NCBI GenBank assembly: GCA_964618145.1
Contig: CAZTZR010000007.1
Location: 2,010-66,009 of the forward strand
Length of the DNA stretch: 64,000 nucleotides
Source: an uncultured Kofleriaceae bacterium
Lineage (GTDB): Bacteria; Myxococcota_A; Polyangia; HGW-17
Reading direction: 5' to 3'
Within the stretch, counting starts at the first letter, position 1. Each line of letters starts with the position of its first letter. Below are positions 28,877 to 39,040 of this stretch, in pieces. A program made the translations under genes and the position numbers. Below the pieces are notes generated by a model. It saw only the letters and a list, made by a program, of their open reading frames with translations, made no database searches and was not told the DNA's origin.

Positions 28877-29884
28877 TTACTTGCACTCGAAGGTTTGGTC
28901 AACCAGGACCCGCCAGGTGGCTTCAAGAAGGGAACGCACCCCATCTTTGGTAACGGCGGAAATCACGTATACCGGACAAGGGGAAAACTCGGTGCGCAGG
29001 GATTCAATGATTTCCGGTTTTTCCAGCAGATCCGATTTGGATACCACCAGTAGTCTCGGCAGTGCGGCGAGTCGCTCGTCAAAGCGGGCCAGTTCCTTTT
29101 CCAGCATTTTCACGTCCGCAACGGGATCGGTGTCCCCGGACGGAACCTCCACCAGGTGCAAAAGCAGCCTGCAGCGTTCGAGGTGCTTGAGAAACTGGTG
29201 CCCAAGACCACGTCCTTCATGGGCACCTTCCACCAGACCGGGGATGTCGGCCATGACAAAGGTCCTGTCCGGATCCAGCGAAACCACTCCAAGATTGGGA
29301 ATGAGGGTGGTGAAGGGATAATCCGCAATGCGTGGTCTGGCAGAGGAAACCACGGAAAGAAGGGTGGATTTGCCTGCGTTGGGGAGCCCCAGAAGACCCA
29401 CATCTGCCAGAAGCCGCAGGGAGAGGCGGATGATGCGCTCCTGACCCGGGGATCCGGGTTCACATTCCTGGGGGGCCTGATTGGTGGGCGAGGCGAAGTG
29501 GATGTTTCCGAATCCACCCCGACCGCCCCGGGCCACCAGACAACGCTGGCCGTCTTCGGTGAGATCTCCCAGCAGTTCCCCCGTTTGTGCATCCGTGATG
29601 GTGGTACCTATGGGTACATGCAGGATCAGATCTTCGCCGCCTTTTCCATATTTGTCCCGTCCCTGCCCGTGTTCTCCCCGCTGGGCCTGGTACCTGCGCT
29701 TGTACCTGAAATCCATGAGCGTGTGTGCACGACTGGTTGCTTCCAGAAAAACCGAACCGCCGTTGCCGCCGTCTCCTCCCGAAGGCCCTCCCCGGGGAAC
29801 GAATTTTTCCCGGCGGAATGCACGGCATCCATCGCCACCGTTTCCGGCGCTGACTTCAATCACGGCTTCGTCAATGAATTTCAT
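28877..29884 (-). CDS. obg: GTPase Obg/CgtA.
   Basis: Obg-fold N-terminus MKFIDEAVIEVSAGNGGDGCRAFRREKFVPRGGPSGGDGGNGG. G-domain motifs GLPNAGKST and DIPG. Confidence 0.95.
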   Translation of the reverse strand: MKFIDEAVIEVSAGNGGDGCRAFRREKFVPRGGPSGGDGGNGGSVFLEATSRAHTLMDFRYKRRYQAQRGEHGQGRDKYGKGGEDLILHVPIGTTITDAQTGELLGDLTEDGQRCLVARGGRGGFGNIHFASPTNQAPQECEPGSPGQERIIRLSLRLLADVGLLGLPNAGKSTLLSVVSSARPRIADYPFTTLIPNLGVVSLDPDRTFVMADIPGLVEGAHEGRGLGHQFLKHLERCRLLLHLVEVPSGDTDPVADVKMLEKELARFDERLAALPRLLVVSKSDLLEKPEIIESLRTEFSPCPVYVISAVTKDGVRSLLEATWRVLVDQTFECK

Positions 29885-29975
29885 GCTGGACGTCCTCCAC
29901 GTTCCCGGAGGGGAAATTCACGCATGGTGGATCCGGATGGATGGTGAAAGGGGGAAACTGCGGAATCGGCAGGTG

Positions 29976-30236
29976 CTACTCGGCAACGGGAAGAACGGCG
30001 ACGCGCTTCTTGTCATGACCGAATTCCTGGAAGGTCACAATGCCGTCCGACAGGGCGAAAAGTGTATAATCCTTGCCCATGCCAACGTTTTCACCGGGAT
30101 GAATCCGGGTGCCGAGTTGCCGCACGATGATGTTTCCGGCCCGGGCGAATTGTCCACCGAACAGTTTCACGCCACGGCGTTGTCCGTTGCTATCACGTCC
30201 GTTGCGACTGGATCCTTGTCCTTTTTTATGAGCCAT
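29976..30236 (-). CDS. rpmA: 50S ribosomal protein L27.
   Basis: [24 protein letters not shown]... canonical L27. Confidence 0.95.
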   Translation of the reverse strand: MAHKKGQGSSRNGRDSNGQRRGVKLFGGQFARAGNIIVRQLGTRIHPGENVGMGKDYTLFALSDGIVTFQEFGHDKKRVAVLPVAE

Positions 30237-30246
30237 GACGTTCCTC

Positions 30247-30561
30247 CTACAGTCCCTGAATGCTGTTGATGATCACATCGGTGTAAGGCTGCCGGTGTCC
30301 CATTTTCCGGGAGGTATTCTTCCGGCGCTTGTACTTGAACACGATGATCTTCTTTCCTTTGCCGTGGGAAGAAACCGTACCGGTTACCATCGCGCCCGGA
30401 ACCGTGGGCTGGCCCACCTTGACGGATTCATCCCGGGCGAGCAGCAGGACACCGGGAAATTCCACGGTGCCACCGATTTCGGTGTCCATGAGATCCATGC
30501 GCACGCGGTCGCCTTCACTGACCTTGTACTGCCTTCCACAAGCTTCAATAATCGCAAACAT
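30247..30561 (-). CDS. rplU: 50S ribosomal protein L21.
   Basis: [18 protein letters not shown]... canonical L21. It sits in the conserved rplU-rpmA-obg order. Confidence 0.95.
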   Translation of the reverse strand: MFAIIEACGRQYKVSEGDRVRMDLMDTEIGGTVEFPGVLLLARDESVKVGQPTVPGAMVTGTVSSHGKGKKIIVFKYKRRKNTSRKMGHRQPYTDVIINSIQGL

Positions 30562-30666
30562 GACAATCCTTTCAGTCTGACCTGAGCCATTGCGGTCTTG
30601 CCGGGCTTCATGCCCCCAGGTCCGGGACAGGAGAGGGAGAATAGTGGATTTTCCTGTCTTGTCAAG

Positions 30667-33600
30667 CTATCTGCGGGGAGGGGGCGGAATTTTTCGTTCG
30701 GTAAATCGCGGTTCCGGGATATCCCCTTTTCCGGGCACATGGATGTACTGGTAAAAACCGGGACGGTTGGTGATCTCCATGGTATGGATGGTCATGGTTT
30801 CCTTCCAGAGATCCCGGACAATGATCAACTGATACCGGGCCGGAGGTAAAAACCGGGTGCCGCCGGAGGGACTCTGGAAAAAGCGCAGGAGTTGATCCCG
30901 GCCTTCCGGGTGGTGCGCCAGGGTGATGCCCAGAACCCGGTTGAAGGTGCCGACCGCTCCATAGTCCTCTTCGTCCTTGTCCGGATTTTGCGGGAAACCG
31001 CCTTCCCGTCCCAGAAGCTGGGCCTGCCCTTCGAGATTCCGCACGAACACCAGCATGGAACCCGTGTCGTCCAGAAGTCCGTTCCGCCGTACGCGGGTTC
31101 GCCAGCCATCTGCAGGGATTTCCGGATGACCGGCGAGTTGTGCCAGCCGGATGGCGAACAGATGGCGCGTCGGTGCGAAGGAATGCCGGTGGAGAAGGTG
31201 TTCATAGCCCTGCAGTCCCAGTTCCCAGTTGCCCCGTGCCAGAAGGGTTTCGGCGATCAGGACACGGGGTTCCGGTGCCTGGGGCAGAAGCCAGGAAAGG
31301 AATTCGTATTCGGCCAGGGCATCGGTCAGAAGGCCATGGCGCCGGTAGAAGTCGCCAAGACGTTTGCGGGTCCATGGATCGTGGGGAGCCAGTTCCACGG
31401 AGGTGGAGATCGCCAACTGCGCCAGTATGGGGTTTTCCAGTTTCATGTAGAGTTCAGCCAGTTCTTCCCGCTGTCCCGCAGTGAGATCGTTCCGGTGCAG
31501 CAACTCTTGCCCGCGGACCAGCGCCACATCGGTCTGTTTGACCGGGATTGCGGATCGCATGACAAACAAAGAAAGCGCTGCGTTCTCCGGATCGAGTTTC
31601 TGCCACTTCCGGGCAAATTCATAGATGGCCCTTTCTTGCGCTTCCTGAGTCAGTTTTTTGCCATCCTTTTCATGCCAGCGATCCAGTTCGGCCAGGAATG
31701 ATCCGTAAAGGTTTCCGCCGTGCAGGGACAGTGTCTGGACCACCCAGCGTGCTTCTTCGGTAGTTTTCACGGTCCGCAGGATCTGTTCGCGCAAAAAGCC
31801 GGATACAGCGGAACCTTCGGGGGAAAGGAGCGGTACCAGTGCAAGTTTCTGGCGGATGTCCTGCATGCGCTGGAGTATCACTTCCAGGATGGCCCGCCGG
31901 TCAATCCAGGATTCCAGTTCGCAGGCGGACTGGGCTGCACGGTATAATTGTTCGGCTTGCCAGGCGTTTCCGTTGTAAGGCATTTTCTGACGCCAGGCCC
32001 GTCGCCTTTCCTCCACGGTGGCCCGGGAGAGCCGGGAGCACTCCTGCGGCAGCACCTGGCCGGTGGAGACGAAGGAATAGGTATGTCCGATGGTAACCGG
32101 CTGTCCCGAGGGGGGGGGCGGCAAAGGTGGGGACAGGTTCAGGGCACGGATGATGCACGGCGGAATCGTTGCATCCGTAAGGGTGCTGTTTTTCAGTTCG
32201 ATTTTCTGGAAACGGCCATCGTTTCCAACCACCAGTTCCAGCAACACGGTGCCGCCGGTCATGGGGGCGAATACCGCCTTGCGCTGATAGCACTGGTTTA
32301 CTGCCTCCATGCGATCCCGGCTGTTCAGCAATGACCGGTAATACATTTCCAGCGAGAAACCATGCACCGGAGGTTCCAGGTCCGGCAGGGACAGGCCCGA
32401 GATGGATGACGGCGGCATGTTGCGCAATCCCACGTGCTGGTATTCGGGAAGACGGGGCAGTTCCTGGAAGATGTTTTCCGGGATCTGGCAAAACTCCGGG
32501 GAACTGCCGGAAAAGAAGAAGGAATATCCGGTGTAGGGGGTCACCATCCGGTACTCGGTGGCCAACTGGGCGATGGCCTCGAATCCGGCACCCCGGGCGA
32601 TGAGGTCCTCCAGTCGGGAGGCGGCCCACAATTTGCGCAGAACCTCCGTGTCCGTGGTCACCACGGGGGAAAGGGGCAGGACCACGGAGAAGGATCGGGA
32701 GCCAAAAAATCCTGAGACAATTGCCTTTTCGGGAAGTTTTTCGGCAAATCCCTTGATGAAAAGCGTCGAATTGATCTCGGCGGAGGGGGTGTGAACCGGT
32801 GTGGTGCGACTGACCGAAGGACCCAGGTCTACCCGGATGTCCTTGAATGCCGCAGCTTCCAGTTCCTGCAGGAGTAGTCCCGCCCGGGCGCTGAGATCCC
32901 CCACCTCTTCCACATGAAATGTGCGCCCCAGGGAGGACAGGATGTTGGTTCCGTCCGGTTTTCCCAGGAGGATGCTGGCAAACAGGGGGCTTGGGGAACT
33001 CATGGAAAGCCGGGATGCCAGACGGGATGCAATCATGGGACCCCGGGTGGGTTTTCCGTCACCGACATAAACAATGAGACCCTCTCCGTTGGGAATCAGG
33101 ACGGTGGCCCGTTCGATGGCCAGTCCGAGATCCGTGGCTCCGGCAGGATTCAGCCGGGAGATCTGTTCCAGGAACCGTTCCCGGCGTGCAGAGTTCAGGG
33201 GGGCGAGTCCCTGGTCATCCAGTGCGGTCACGTCTCCCCGCAGGACGAACACGGCCACCCGGGTTTTCTCGTTCATTTTCTCGAAAAGGGATGCAAAGGC
33301 CGTTTTCAGGACCTGGATGCGGGAGGAATCCATGGATGCGGACATGTCCAGCAGGAACACCACTGCCGGTTCCGGAATCCGGGTAGTTGAAGGAAGCATT
33401 TTCGAGATTTTTTCCAGGGGAATGGACAAAAGGAAGGATGCACGTTCACCGGGATCCTTCTCCACCTCGAACAGGGGTTCGTTGGCGGACCGGGGGAACA
33501 CCTCGGCCACAAAGTCCGAAAGCGGCAAAAAGTCGCTGCGCCGAACCATGAACTGCTGGTTTTCCCAGGCGCCTTCCCACCCTGAACGAAGACGGGCGTC

Positions 33601-34686
33601 GGATTCCAGAACGCGAAGGCCGAGTTCAAACTCGGCTGCCCTGGCACCACCGCTCATGGGGTACCGGTACAGGCGACGTCCTCCCACGTCCGAGAGGGTC
33701 TGGACATAGGTCAGCCGGATGCCCACCTCCTCGGCGGGAGGGAGATCCGTCATCAAGGCGCCGAACTCGGCTTCTCCGGTTTGAAAGAAAATGCCGTCAG
33801 TGGATACTTCGGAAAACGCGCCCACAGGAAGGGTGGAGGGGGAGATCCAGACCCCGGACTTCCGGGAGATCGATGCGTCCATGATGACGGAACCCGCAGG
33901 TATGCGCACGCGGTAGTCGGCATCCCTGGATACACTCGATGGATTGAAGAAAACCTGCTCGACTTCCGTAATGGCGGTTCTGCGGCGGATGCGCACGTTT
34001 ACCTTCTGCCGGCGCAGGATCAGTGGTGTTCCCCCCTGTCCCAGTCCTTCCGGACCCCGGGGACGTCCTGTAAGCACTCCATAACCGCTGTCCGACCTTC
34101 CGGCGCGGAACAGGCCACCGGTCCAGTCGGTCCACAACTCGGTGGGCCGGGCCCGGGGGCCTTCGGCACCCAGAAGGAAGGTGCCCCCCCGGAGCCGTTC
34201 CGGTTTCGGGCCGTAATGGACATTCAGTTCCCCCTCCAGATGATGCAGGAGCACACCATCAGGGGATATCGTGATGTTGAATGCAGCCTCGCGACAGGAC
34301 AGCCTGCCCCCGGGAAGGGTCAGATCCCAGTCCTTTTCAGTACGTGCCCGGACCCAGGCCCGGCCGGACAGCAGTTCGGTGCGGGTTGCCGTCACCAGCA
34401 TTTCGGTGCCGGTATCCAGAAGCAGGCTCACCCCGTTGTCCAGGTGAACCGCGGCATGCTGCACGGTCCGGATTTTCCTTCCCGGCAGGAGCCGGAACGG
34501 GGAGGTGCCATTGGAACCTTCCGCGGTGACAGGATGACCCATGGGGTCAACGGTGGCTACGGTTTCCTCGAAACGGACCGAAGGGGCACCATCGGTTTCC
34601 GTGGCGGGAGCGGTTTCCGCGGGAGGTTTGCTGCAATGCAATGCGGGGAGCAGCAACCATACAAGAAGAATGGAGATGTTTCTCAT
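30667..34686 (-). CDS. Giant exported lipoprotein (~1340 aa) built from a FecR-like domain, a VIT domain, a VWA domain and a C-terminal TPR/alpha-helical region.
   Basis: Start MRNISILLVWLLLPALHCS (lipobox). VIT-like: RLYRYPMSGGARAAEFELGLRV. VWA MIDAS-type: VVFLLDMSASMDSSR...GATDLGLAIERA. C-terminal ~450 aa of TPR-like helices. It is a paralog of the upstream gene. Confidence 0.75.
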   Translation of the reverse strand: MRNISILLVWLLLPALHCSKPPAETAPATETDGAPSVRFEETVATVDPMGHPVTAEGSNGTSPFRLLPGRKIRTVQHAAVHLDNGVSLLLDTGTEMLVTATRTELLSGRAWVRARTEKDWDLTLPGGRLSCREAAFNITISPDGVLLHHLEGELNVHYGPKPERLRGGTFLLGAEGPRARPTELWTDWTGGLFRAGRSDSGYGVLTGRPRGPEGLGQGGTPLILRRQKVNVRIRRRTAITEVEQVFFNPSSVSRDADYRVRIPAGSVIMDASISRKSGVWISPSTLPVGAFSEVSTDGIFFQTGEAEFGALMTDLPPAEEVGIRLTYVQTLSDVGGRRLYRYPMSGGARAAEFELGLRVLESDARLRSGWEGAWENQQFMVRRSDFLPLSDFVAEVFPRSANEPLFEVEKDPGERASFLLSIPLEKISKMLPSTTRIPEPAVVFLLDMSASMDSSRIQVLKTAFASLFEKMNEKTRVAVFVLRGDVTALDDQGLAPLNSARRERFLEQISRLNPAGATDLGLAIERATVLIPNGEGLIVYVGDGKPTRGPMIASRLASRLSMSSPSPLFASILLGKPDGTNILSSLGRTFHVEEVGDLSARAGLLLQELEAAAFKDIRVDLGPSVSRTTPVHTPSAEINSTLFIKGFAEKLPEKAIVSGFFGSRSFSVVLPLSPVVTTDTEVLRKLWAASRLEDLIARGAGFEAIAQLATEYRMVTPYTGYSFFFSGSSPEFCQIPENIFQELPRLPEYQHVGLRNMPPSSISGLSLPDLEPPVHGFSLEMYYRSLLNSRDRMEAVNQCYQRKAVFAPMTGGTVLLELVVGNDGRFQKIELKNSTLTDATIPPCIIRALNLSPPLPPPPSGQPVTIGHTYSFVSTGQVLPQECSRLSRATVEERRRAWRQKMPYNGNAWQAEQLYRAAQSACELESWIDRRAILEVILQRMQDIRQKLALVPLLSPEGSAVSGFLREQILRTVKTTEEARWVVQTLSLHGGNLYGSFLAELDRWHEKDGKKLTQEAQERAIYEFARKWQKLDPENAALSLFVMRSAIPVKQTDVALVRGQELLHRNDLTAGQREELAELYMKLENPILAQLAISTSVELAPHDPWTRKRLGDFYRRHGLLTDALAEYEFLSWLLPQAPEPRVLIAETLLARGNWELGLQGYEHLLHRHSFAPTRHLFAIRLAQLAGHPEIPADGWRTRVRRNGLLDDTGSMLVFVRNLEGQAQLLGREGGFPQNPDKDEEDYGAVGTFNRVLGITLAHHPEGRDQLLRFFQSPSGGTRFLPPARYQLIIVRDLWKETMTIHTMEITNRPGFYQYIHVPGKGDIPEPRFTERKIPPPPRR

Positions 34687-34696
34687 GGTGTTACCT

Positions 34697-37600
34697 CTAT
34701 TTCTCCGAAACCACGGTGATCTGGTTTCCCGCAATCTGCAGGGTGATCTGTTTTTTGCCCTTTTCAAATGTCACGGCCTTTTTGAACAGGGTTTCCCCAT
34801 CGGTGCCTTCCTGCAGGATGATCAGGATCTCGGCTTCCAGGGGACGCAAACTGTCGGCATCGGCCCTTTCGACCCTGAGAAACACGGAAGAGGGAAGTTT
34901 GGCCATGACCGCCGCCTGCAGGCCGAAAGCGGGCCTGACAAAGGGAACCCGGCCAAGGTCTTCCAGAGAAGGTCCCCAAAGGAACTCCAGATCGGCCTTG
35001 GGATGTTTGTGGGTGAGCAGGATCTTCACCGCCTCGTCATCCCGGAACAGGGCCATCATGCGGCCGCGGTTCAGGATGGTCTGGCGGATGGCGGTGGCGG
35101 CATCCATCCGCATGCGTGCCAGGAACAGGCAGCCGAAAAACCGGGCCAGTTTCACCGGGTCGCTTCCCGGATCTCCGGATGTCAGGATTTCCTCCACCAG
35201 ACCGAGGGACTTTTCGAACTCCCCGGTATCCTCATAGGCATCGGCCAGGTACAACCGGGCTTCGATACTGTTCTGCACCAGCGCGGAGTAGGAAAGGAAC
35301 TCCCGCACGGCAAGTTCCTTCCAGCCGAAGGCACGGTACAACTGTCCCAGCATGCGACGTCGTCCCGGGTTGCTGGGGGCGAATTCGACGATTTCCGACA
35401 GAAGGCGCCTGGCCCGTACGTTGTCATCACGGCGCAGGGCATATTCCACGGCTTCCAGTCGCAATTCGTCGTCCAGAAGCGGGTTTCCGAACAACCTCTG
35501 CACCAGTTCGTCCGCACGGGTGAACATGGATTCGGTTTCGAAAATCCGCAGCAATCGCATGGTGAGCCACGGGTCTTCGGGACTCGCCAGCCGCAGTTTC
35601 TGCAGGATGGCCATGCGCTCGGATGCATTGGTCGCCTTTTCCAGCATTTCCTCGATCTTGACGCGTTCCAGCGTGGTTCCCAGTCCCAGGTGGCGACGCA
35701 CATACAGGATGTCCTCCACCTTGGTGATCCGGGCCAGTATGGCGGTGCGCAGCAGGTCGGAAAAACCGTGCTCCGGCACAAAGAGTTTGTAGAATTCCAC
35801 CATCACCTGGATGGTGGGCATGACGGAAACCGCACTTCGCAGGAACAGCATCCGGGCATGGGCGGTGGGTGCCTCGCATTGCCGGATGGCATCCTGGAAC
35901 AATTCCATGACCCGCCAGGGATTGGCGCCGGCCAGGCGTTCACGCCAGCCACCCACACGCTGCCACAGGGGCAGTTTCGAGAGGGCCGAACAGGGGCTGG
36001 GCTGCCGGGAGATGGAACAGTCATGGCAGATGATGAGGGTATTTTCCGCCAGTTTTGTCAACTCGGAGGCATTGGACTGGAACAACGACAGTCCACTGAT
36101 GTCGGAATCCGGGGCAGAGCGATAACCATCCAGACCCCTTTGGGCCGGGGTTTGCCGGCCCCCTTCCTTTTCACGGGCCCCACGGGGGTCTTCCCTCCGC
36201 TGGCGGCCAGACGTCCGGTCACTGCCCTCGATGCCTGTTCCACCGGCGAACGGCCGGGCTTCACCAGTGACAACCGGTTGGTCCCGGGATTTTTCCGGGG
36301 TTATGGCCCTTGGACGTCCGGGTCTGGCAGGTCGTGGAGGGGGAACTGGAGCAGGGGCGGAACCGGGGGCCTGGGGCACACTGGTGGTTGGCATGGGTTC
36401 CGGGGCCGGGGCACTGAAGGAAGGTGCGGAATCCGCGGATAACTGCATTGCCCCGAATGTTTTCAGGGTTCTGGTGTCACGGGGTCCCCTTTCTGCTGGT
36501 GCTTCGGCGACTTCCTCCCTTTTCAGCCTGTCACCCTTTGCCTCTTCCATCTCCGCGGCGTCTTCCTGATCCTGCAGTTTCTCGTCATCCAGGGCGGCTT
36601 CGGCAGCGGTGGGAACATACAGCGAGGTGAACGGTGTCACCAGTTCATACCGGAGCCCCAGATCCAGCAGTTCCTCGGGGGATGCGTTGTCCTGGATATA
36701 CTGGAGAAGCCGGTGATAGGCCCAGCGGCGTGGCAGTTCCTTTCCCTGGGTGAAGCGACCCCAACTCACGGGAAAGGAGCGTTCCCAGGGCTGTCCGTCC
36801 AGTTGGCCCCGCAATACGATCCTGGAGGGAAGTTGCGTGGTGGAGGCGTGGCCGACCACCACGAGGTCCTCCCCGGGTTGTACGGTAAACCGTCCGCGGG
36901 GGTATGGTTGCAACAAGGCTGCCCGGTCGAAGTCAACCTCGGCATTCCGCAGTTGCGGTCGTCTCAACTGGTTCATCCAGGGGGAAAGCAGCCGCAGGTC
37001 TCCGGGTTCGGTGACCTTCAGGGGGGGGACGTCCCCGGCCAGACGGGTCAGGATGTCCAGTCCCGGACCATCGGCAATGGCCACGGCGCGAAAGGCCACA
37101 AATACGGGAAGTTCCGCCCAGGTGCGGGCGATGAGATCCGCATCCAGTATCCCGACGGTGGGCACTCCATTGCCAACATACAAGAGCACCGGCGAGGTTC
37201 CCGGAATGAATTCGGAGAAGACGCCCGCGGCTTCCTCCAGCAGACCGGAGAGATCGGTGGCGCCTCCTTTCTTCTGGCTGGACAGGTGTTCCAGAAGGGG
37301 GACGGGGTCCTCCTGTCCGATGGTGACAAAGGCATTGGCCTTGCGCAGGGAGGTGTCCCCTGAAACAATGGTCACCTTGTCCCCCGGTTGCAGGGAGGCC
37401 ATGAGATTTTCCACCAGGGATCTGGACATCTGGAACTGGGCAGGCGTGGTGTCGGCGCTGACATCCACCAGGATGGCCAGATGCAGTTTCCTGGACAGTT
37501 CCTCCGCGGTTGTGAAGGGACGCAGACGGATCATGGCGTGATCTCCCCGCTGGACAGAGGGCCTGTCACGGCCGGCCGGCCGGTCGTACCAGCCCAGGGC

Positions 37601-38899
37601 CTGTTGCGGATTCAATCCGTCATCCAGGAGTTCCACATGCAGATCCGAAGTGGTCTGGAAATCCGAGGCGCTCTTGCGAAGACGTTCGCCTTCCACGAAA
37701 AGGCCGAGGTTGGCCCTGAAAGTTCTGGCGCCTGCATCCTTGAGTTGCACGGTTAGCGAAAATTCACCGATTTCGGGGGACAGCCCATCGGCTCCCAGCA
37801 TGGGAAGCGAATACATGCGGCGGTCGCGGCCTTCCCCCATGCGGGACAGCCATGTGGTGTAGCGGATGAAGACCTTGCGCCGGGAACCTCCGGGGATCGG
37901 GTAGATCGAAGCGCGGTAGCGGCCTTCCTCCTCCCATTCCAGAAGCGCGGGGTCTTCACGGGATCCTGCATAGACATGGCTTTCGTACTGGGTTCTGGCC
38001 ATTTCCTTGCCCTTGATCTTGCCGAAAACCATGCGTCCGTCCCGGTCCACAGCGAAGCCGGTGACCAGGGCGTGTTCCGGGGCGCCGAAGCGGTAGATGC
38101 CTTCCAGGGTGTTGCGGGTGGGGTTCAGGAACTCCTGGGTCACCTCCGTGACGGCGAGATCCCCCAGAATGCGTACATTCACATCCATTGAAGTGATGAC
38201 AAGCGGGATGTGAGCCTTGCCCAGATCGCCGGGGTTGCGGGCTCCCAGAACCCCTTGTCCGGGGACCAGATCCATGCCGGGTTCGGGTTTGAATTCCAGT
38301 CCGCCGGCAGTGCTCTGCCACCAGCGCAAAGGCTGGATGCGCTGAACCGCATCCTGTCCGGTTGCCTGGGCGTCATTGCCAGAATGGCCGTGACCCAGCC
38401 GCAACAGGTGACCGGCCTTGACGAGATGGCGGCTGCCGTCCAGGACGGCCAGGATTTCGCCGGAGATCACCCGGAGAACGGGTTCCTGATCATCGGCGAT
38501 TTCCACAATGGCATCCTGCCCGCGGATACTCCATTCCTTCCAGGAGAAATCTGCCGCGATTCCTGCGGGAAATTCCACCCATACGCTTCCGTCGGATACC
38601 GCCGGATGGCGTTCCTGCACGAGGCTGGCGTTGGGCAGAAGGTGAATGCGGACTCCATTTTCGTGGGTGACCAGGGCGAATCCCTCTCCGGTGGAAAGTT
38701 TGTCACCGGGGGAGAGCAATGTCCTTCCGGAAAGGGGTCTGGAGTTCGTCAGGCACTGGCCACGAATGCACTCAGCATGGGCCACGGAGGGGACGTAATC
38801 CTCCGTCCGATCCTTTTCGGGAGGACTTTTATCACAATGTATCAACAGAAAAATGCCGGTAAACAGAAGGACAAAATGGAATGGCCGGAATGGATGCAT
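34697..38899 (-). CDS. Giant exported lipoprotein (~1400 aa). It has the FecR-like, VIT and VWA domains, then a Pro-rich linker and a C-terminal TPR region. It is a paralog of 30667..34686.
   Basis: Start MHPFRPFHFVLLFTGIFLLIHCD (lipobox). VIT-like: FGKIKGKEMARTQYES. VWA: LAILVDVSADTTPAQF...GGATDLSGLLEEAA. Pro-rich linker: PAPEPMPTTSVPQAPGSAPAPVPPPRPARPGRP. 10-nt gap to the downstream paralog. Confidence 0.75.
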   Translation of the reverse strand: MHPFRPFHFVLLFTGIFLLIHCDKSPPEKDRTEDYVPSVAHAECIRGQCLTNSRPLSGRTLLSPGDKLSTGEGFALVTHENGVRIHLLPNASLVQERHPAVSDGSVWVEFPAGIAADFSWKEWSIRGQDAIVEIADDQEPVLRVISGEILAVLDGSRHLVKAGHLLRLGHGHSGNDAQATGQDAVQRIQPLRWWQSTAGGLEFKPEPGMDLVPGQGVLGARNPGDLGKAHIPLVITSMDVNVRILGDLAVTEVTQEFLNPTRNTLEGIYRFGAPEHALVTGFAVDRDGRMVFGKIKGKEMARTQYESHVYAGSREDPALLEWEEEGRYRASIYPIPGGSRRKVFIRYTTWLSRMGEGRDRRMYSLPMLGADGLSPEIGEFSLTVQLKDAGARTFRANLGLFVEGERLRKSASDFQTTSDLHVELLDDGLNPQQALGWYDRPAGRDRPSVQRGDHAMIRLRPFTTAEELSRKLHLAILVDVSADTTPAQFQMSRSLVENLMASLQPGDKVTIVSGDTSLRKANAFVTIGQEDPVPLLEHLSSQKKGGATDLSGLLEEAAGVFSEFIPGTSPVLLYVGNGVPTVGILDADLIARTWAELPVFVAFRAVAIADGPGLDILTRLAGDVPPLKVTEPGDLRLLSPWMNQLRRPQLRNAEVDFDRAALLQPYPRGRFTVQPGEDLVVVGHASTTQLPSRIVLRGQLDGQPWERSFPVSWGRFTQGKELPRRWAYHRLLQYIQDNASPEELLDLGLRYELVTPFTSLYVPTAAEAALDDEKLQDQEDAAEMEEAKGDRLKREEVAEAPAERGPRDTRTLKTFGAMQLSADSAPSFSAPAPEPMPTTSVPQAPGSAPAPVPPPRPARPGRPRAITPEKSRDQPVVTGEARPFAGGTGIEGSDRTSGRQRREDPRGAREKEGGRQTPAQRGLDGYRSAPDSDISGLSLFQSNASELTKLAENTLIICHDCSISRQPSPCSALSKLPLWQRVGGWRERLAGANPWRVMELFQDAIRQCEAPTAHARMLFLRSAVSVMPTIQVMVEFYKLFVPEHGFSDLLRTAILARITKVEDILYVRRHLGLGTTLERVKIEEMLEKATNASERMAILQKLRLASPEDPWLTMRLLRIFETESMFTRADELVQRLFGNPLLDDELRLEAVEYALRRDDNVRARRLLSEIVEFAPSNPGRRRMLGQLYRAFGWKELAVREFLSYSALVQNSIEARLYLADAYEDTGEFEKSLGLVEEILTSGDPGSDPVKLARFFGCLFLARMRMDAATAIRQTILNRGRMMALFRDDEAVKILLTHKHPKADLEFLWGPSLEDLGRVPFVRPAFGLQAAVMAKLPSSVFLRVERADADSLRPLEAEILIILQEGTDGETLFKKAVTFEKGKKQITLQIAGNQITVVSEK

Positions 38900-39040
38900 G
38901 ACAGGACCTCCGTCGATTTCAAATAAAGACAGAAAATTGTATGCCCAAAAAAGGAAGTTGTACAGCTAAACCCGTCATCCGGGGTTCGGGGGCAAACAGT
39001 CAACAAGATACTGATGAAGGGGGTGGATCTCACTCCACAT

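Noticed and set aside
34541-36442. 633-aa plus-strand ORF antisense to the upstream giant VIT-VWA lipoprotein
   Set aside because: Gly/His/Gln-rich antisense translation. The sense strand has VIT/VWA motifs.
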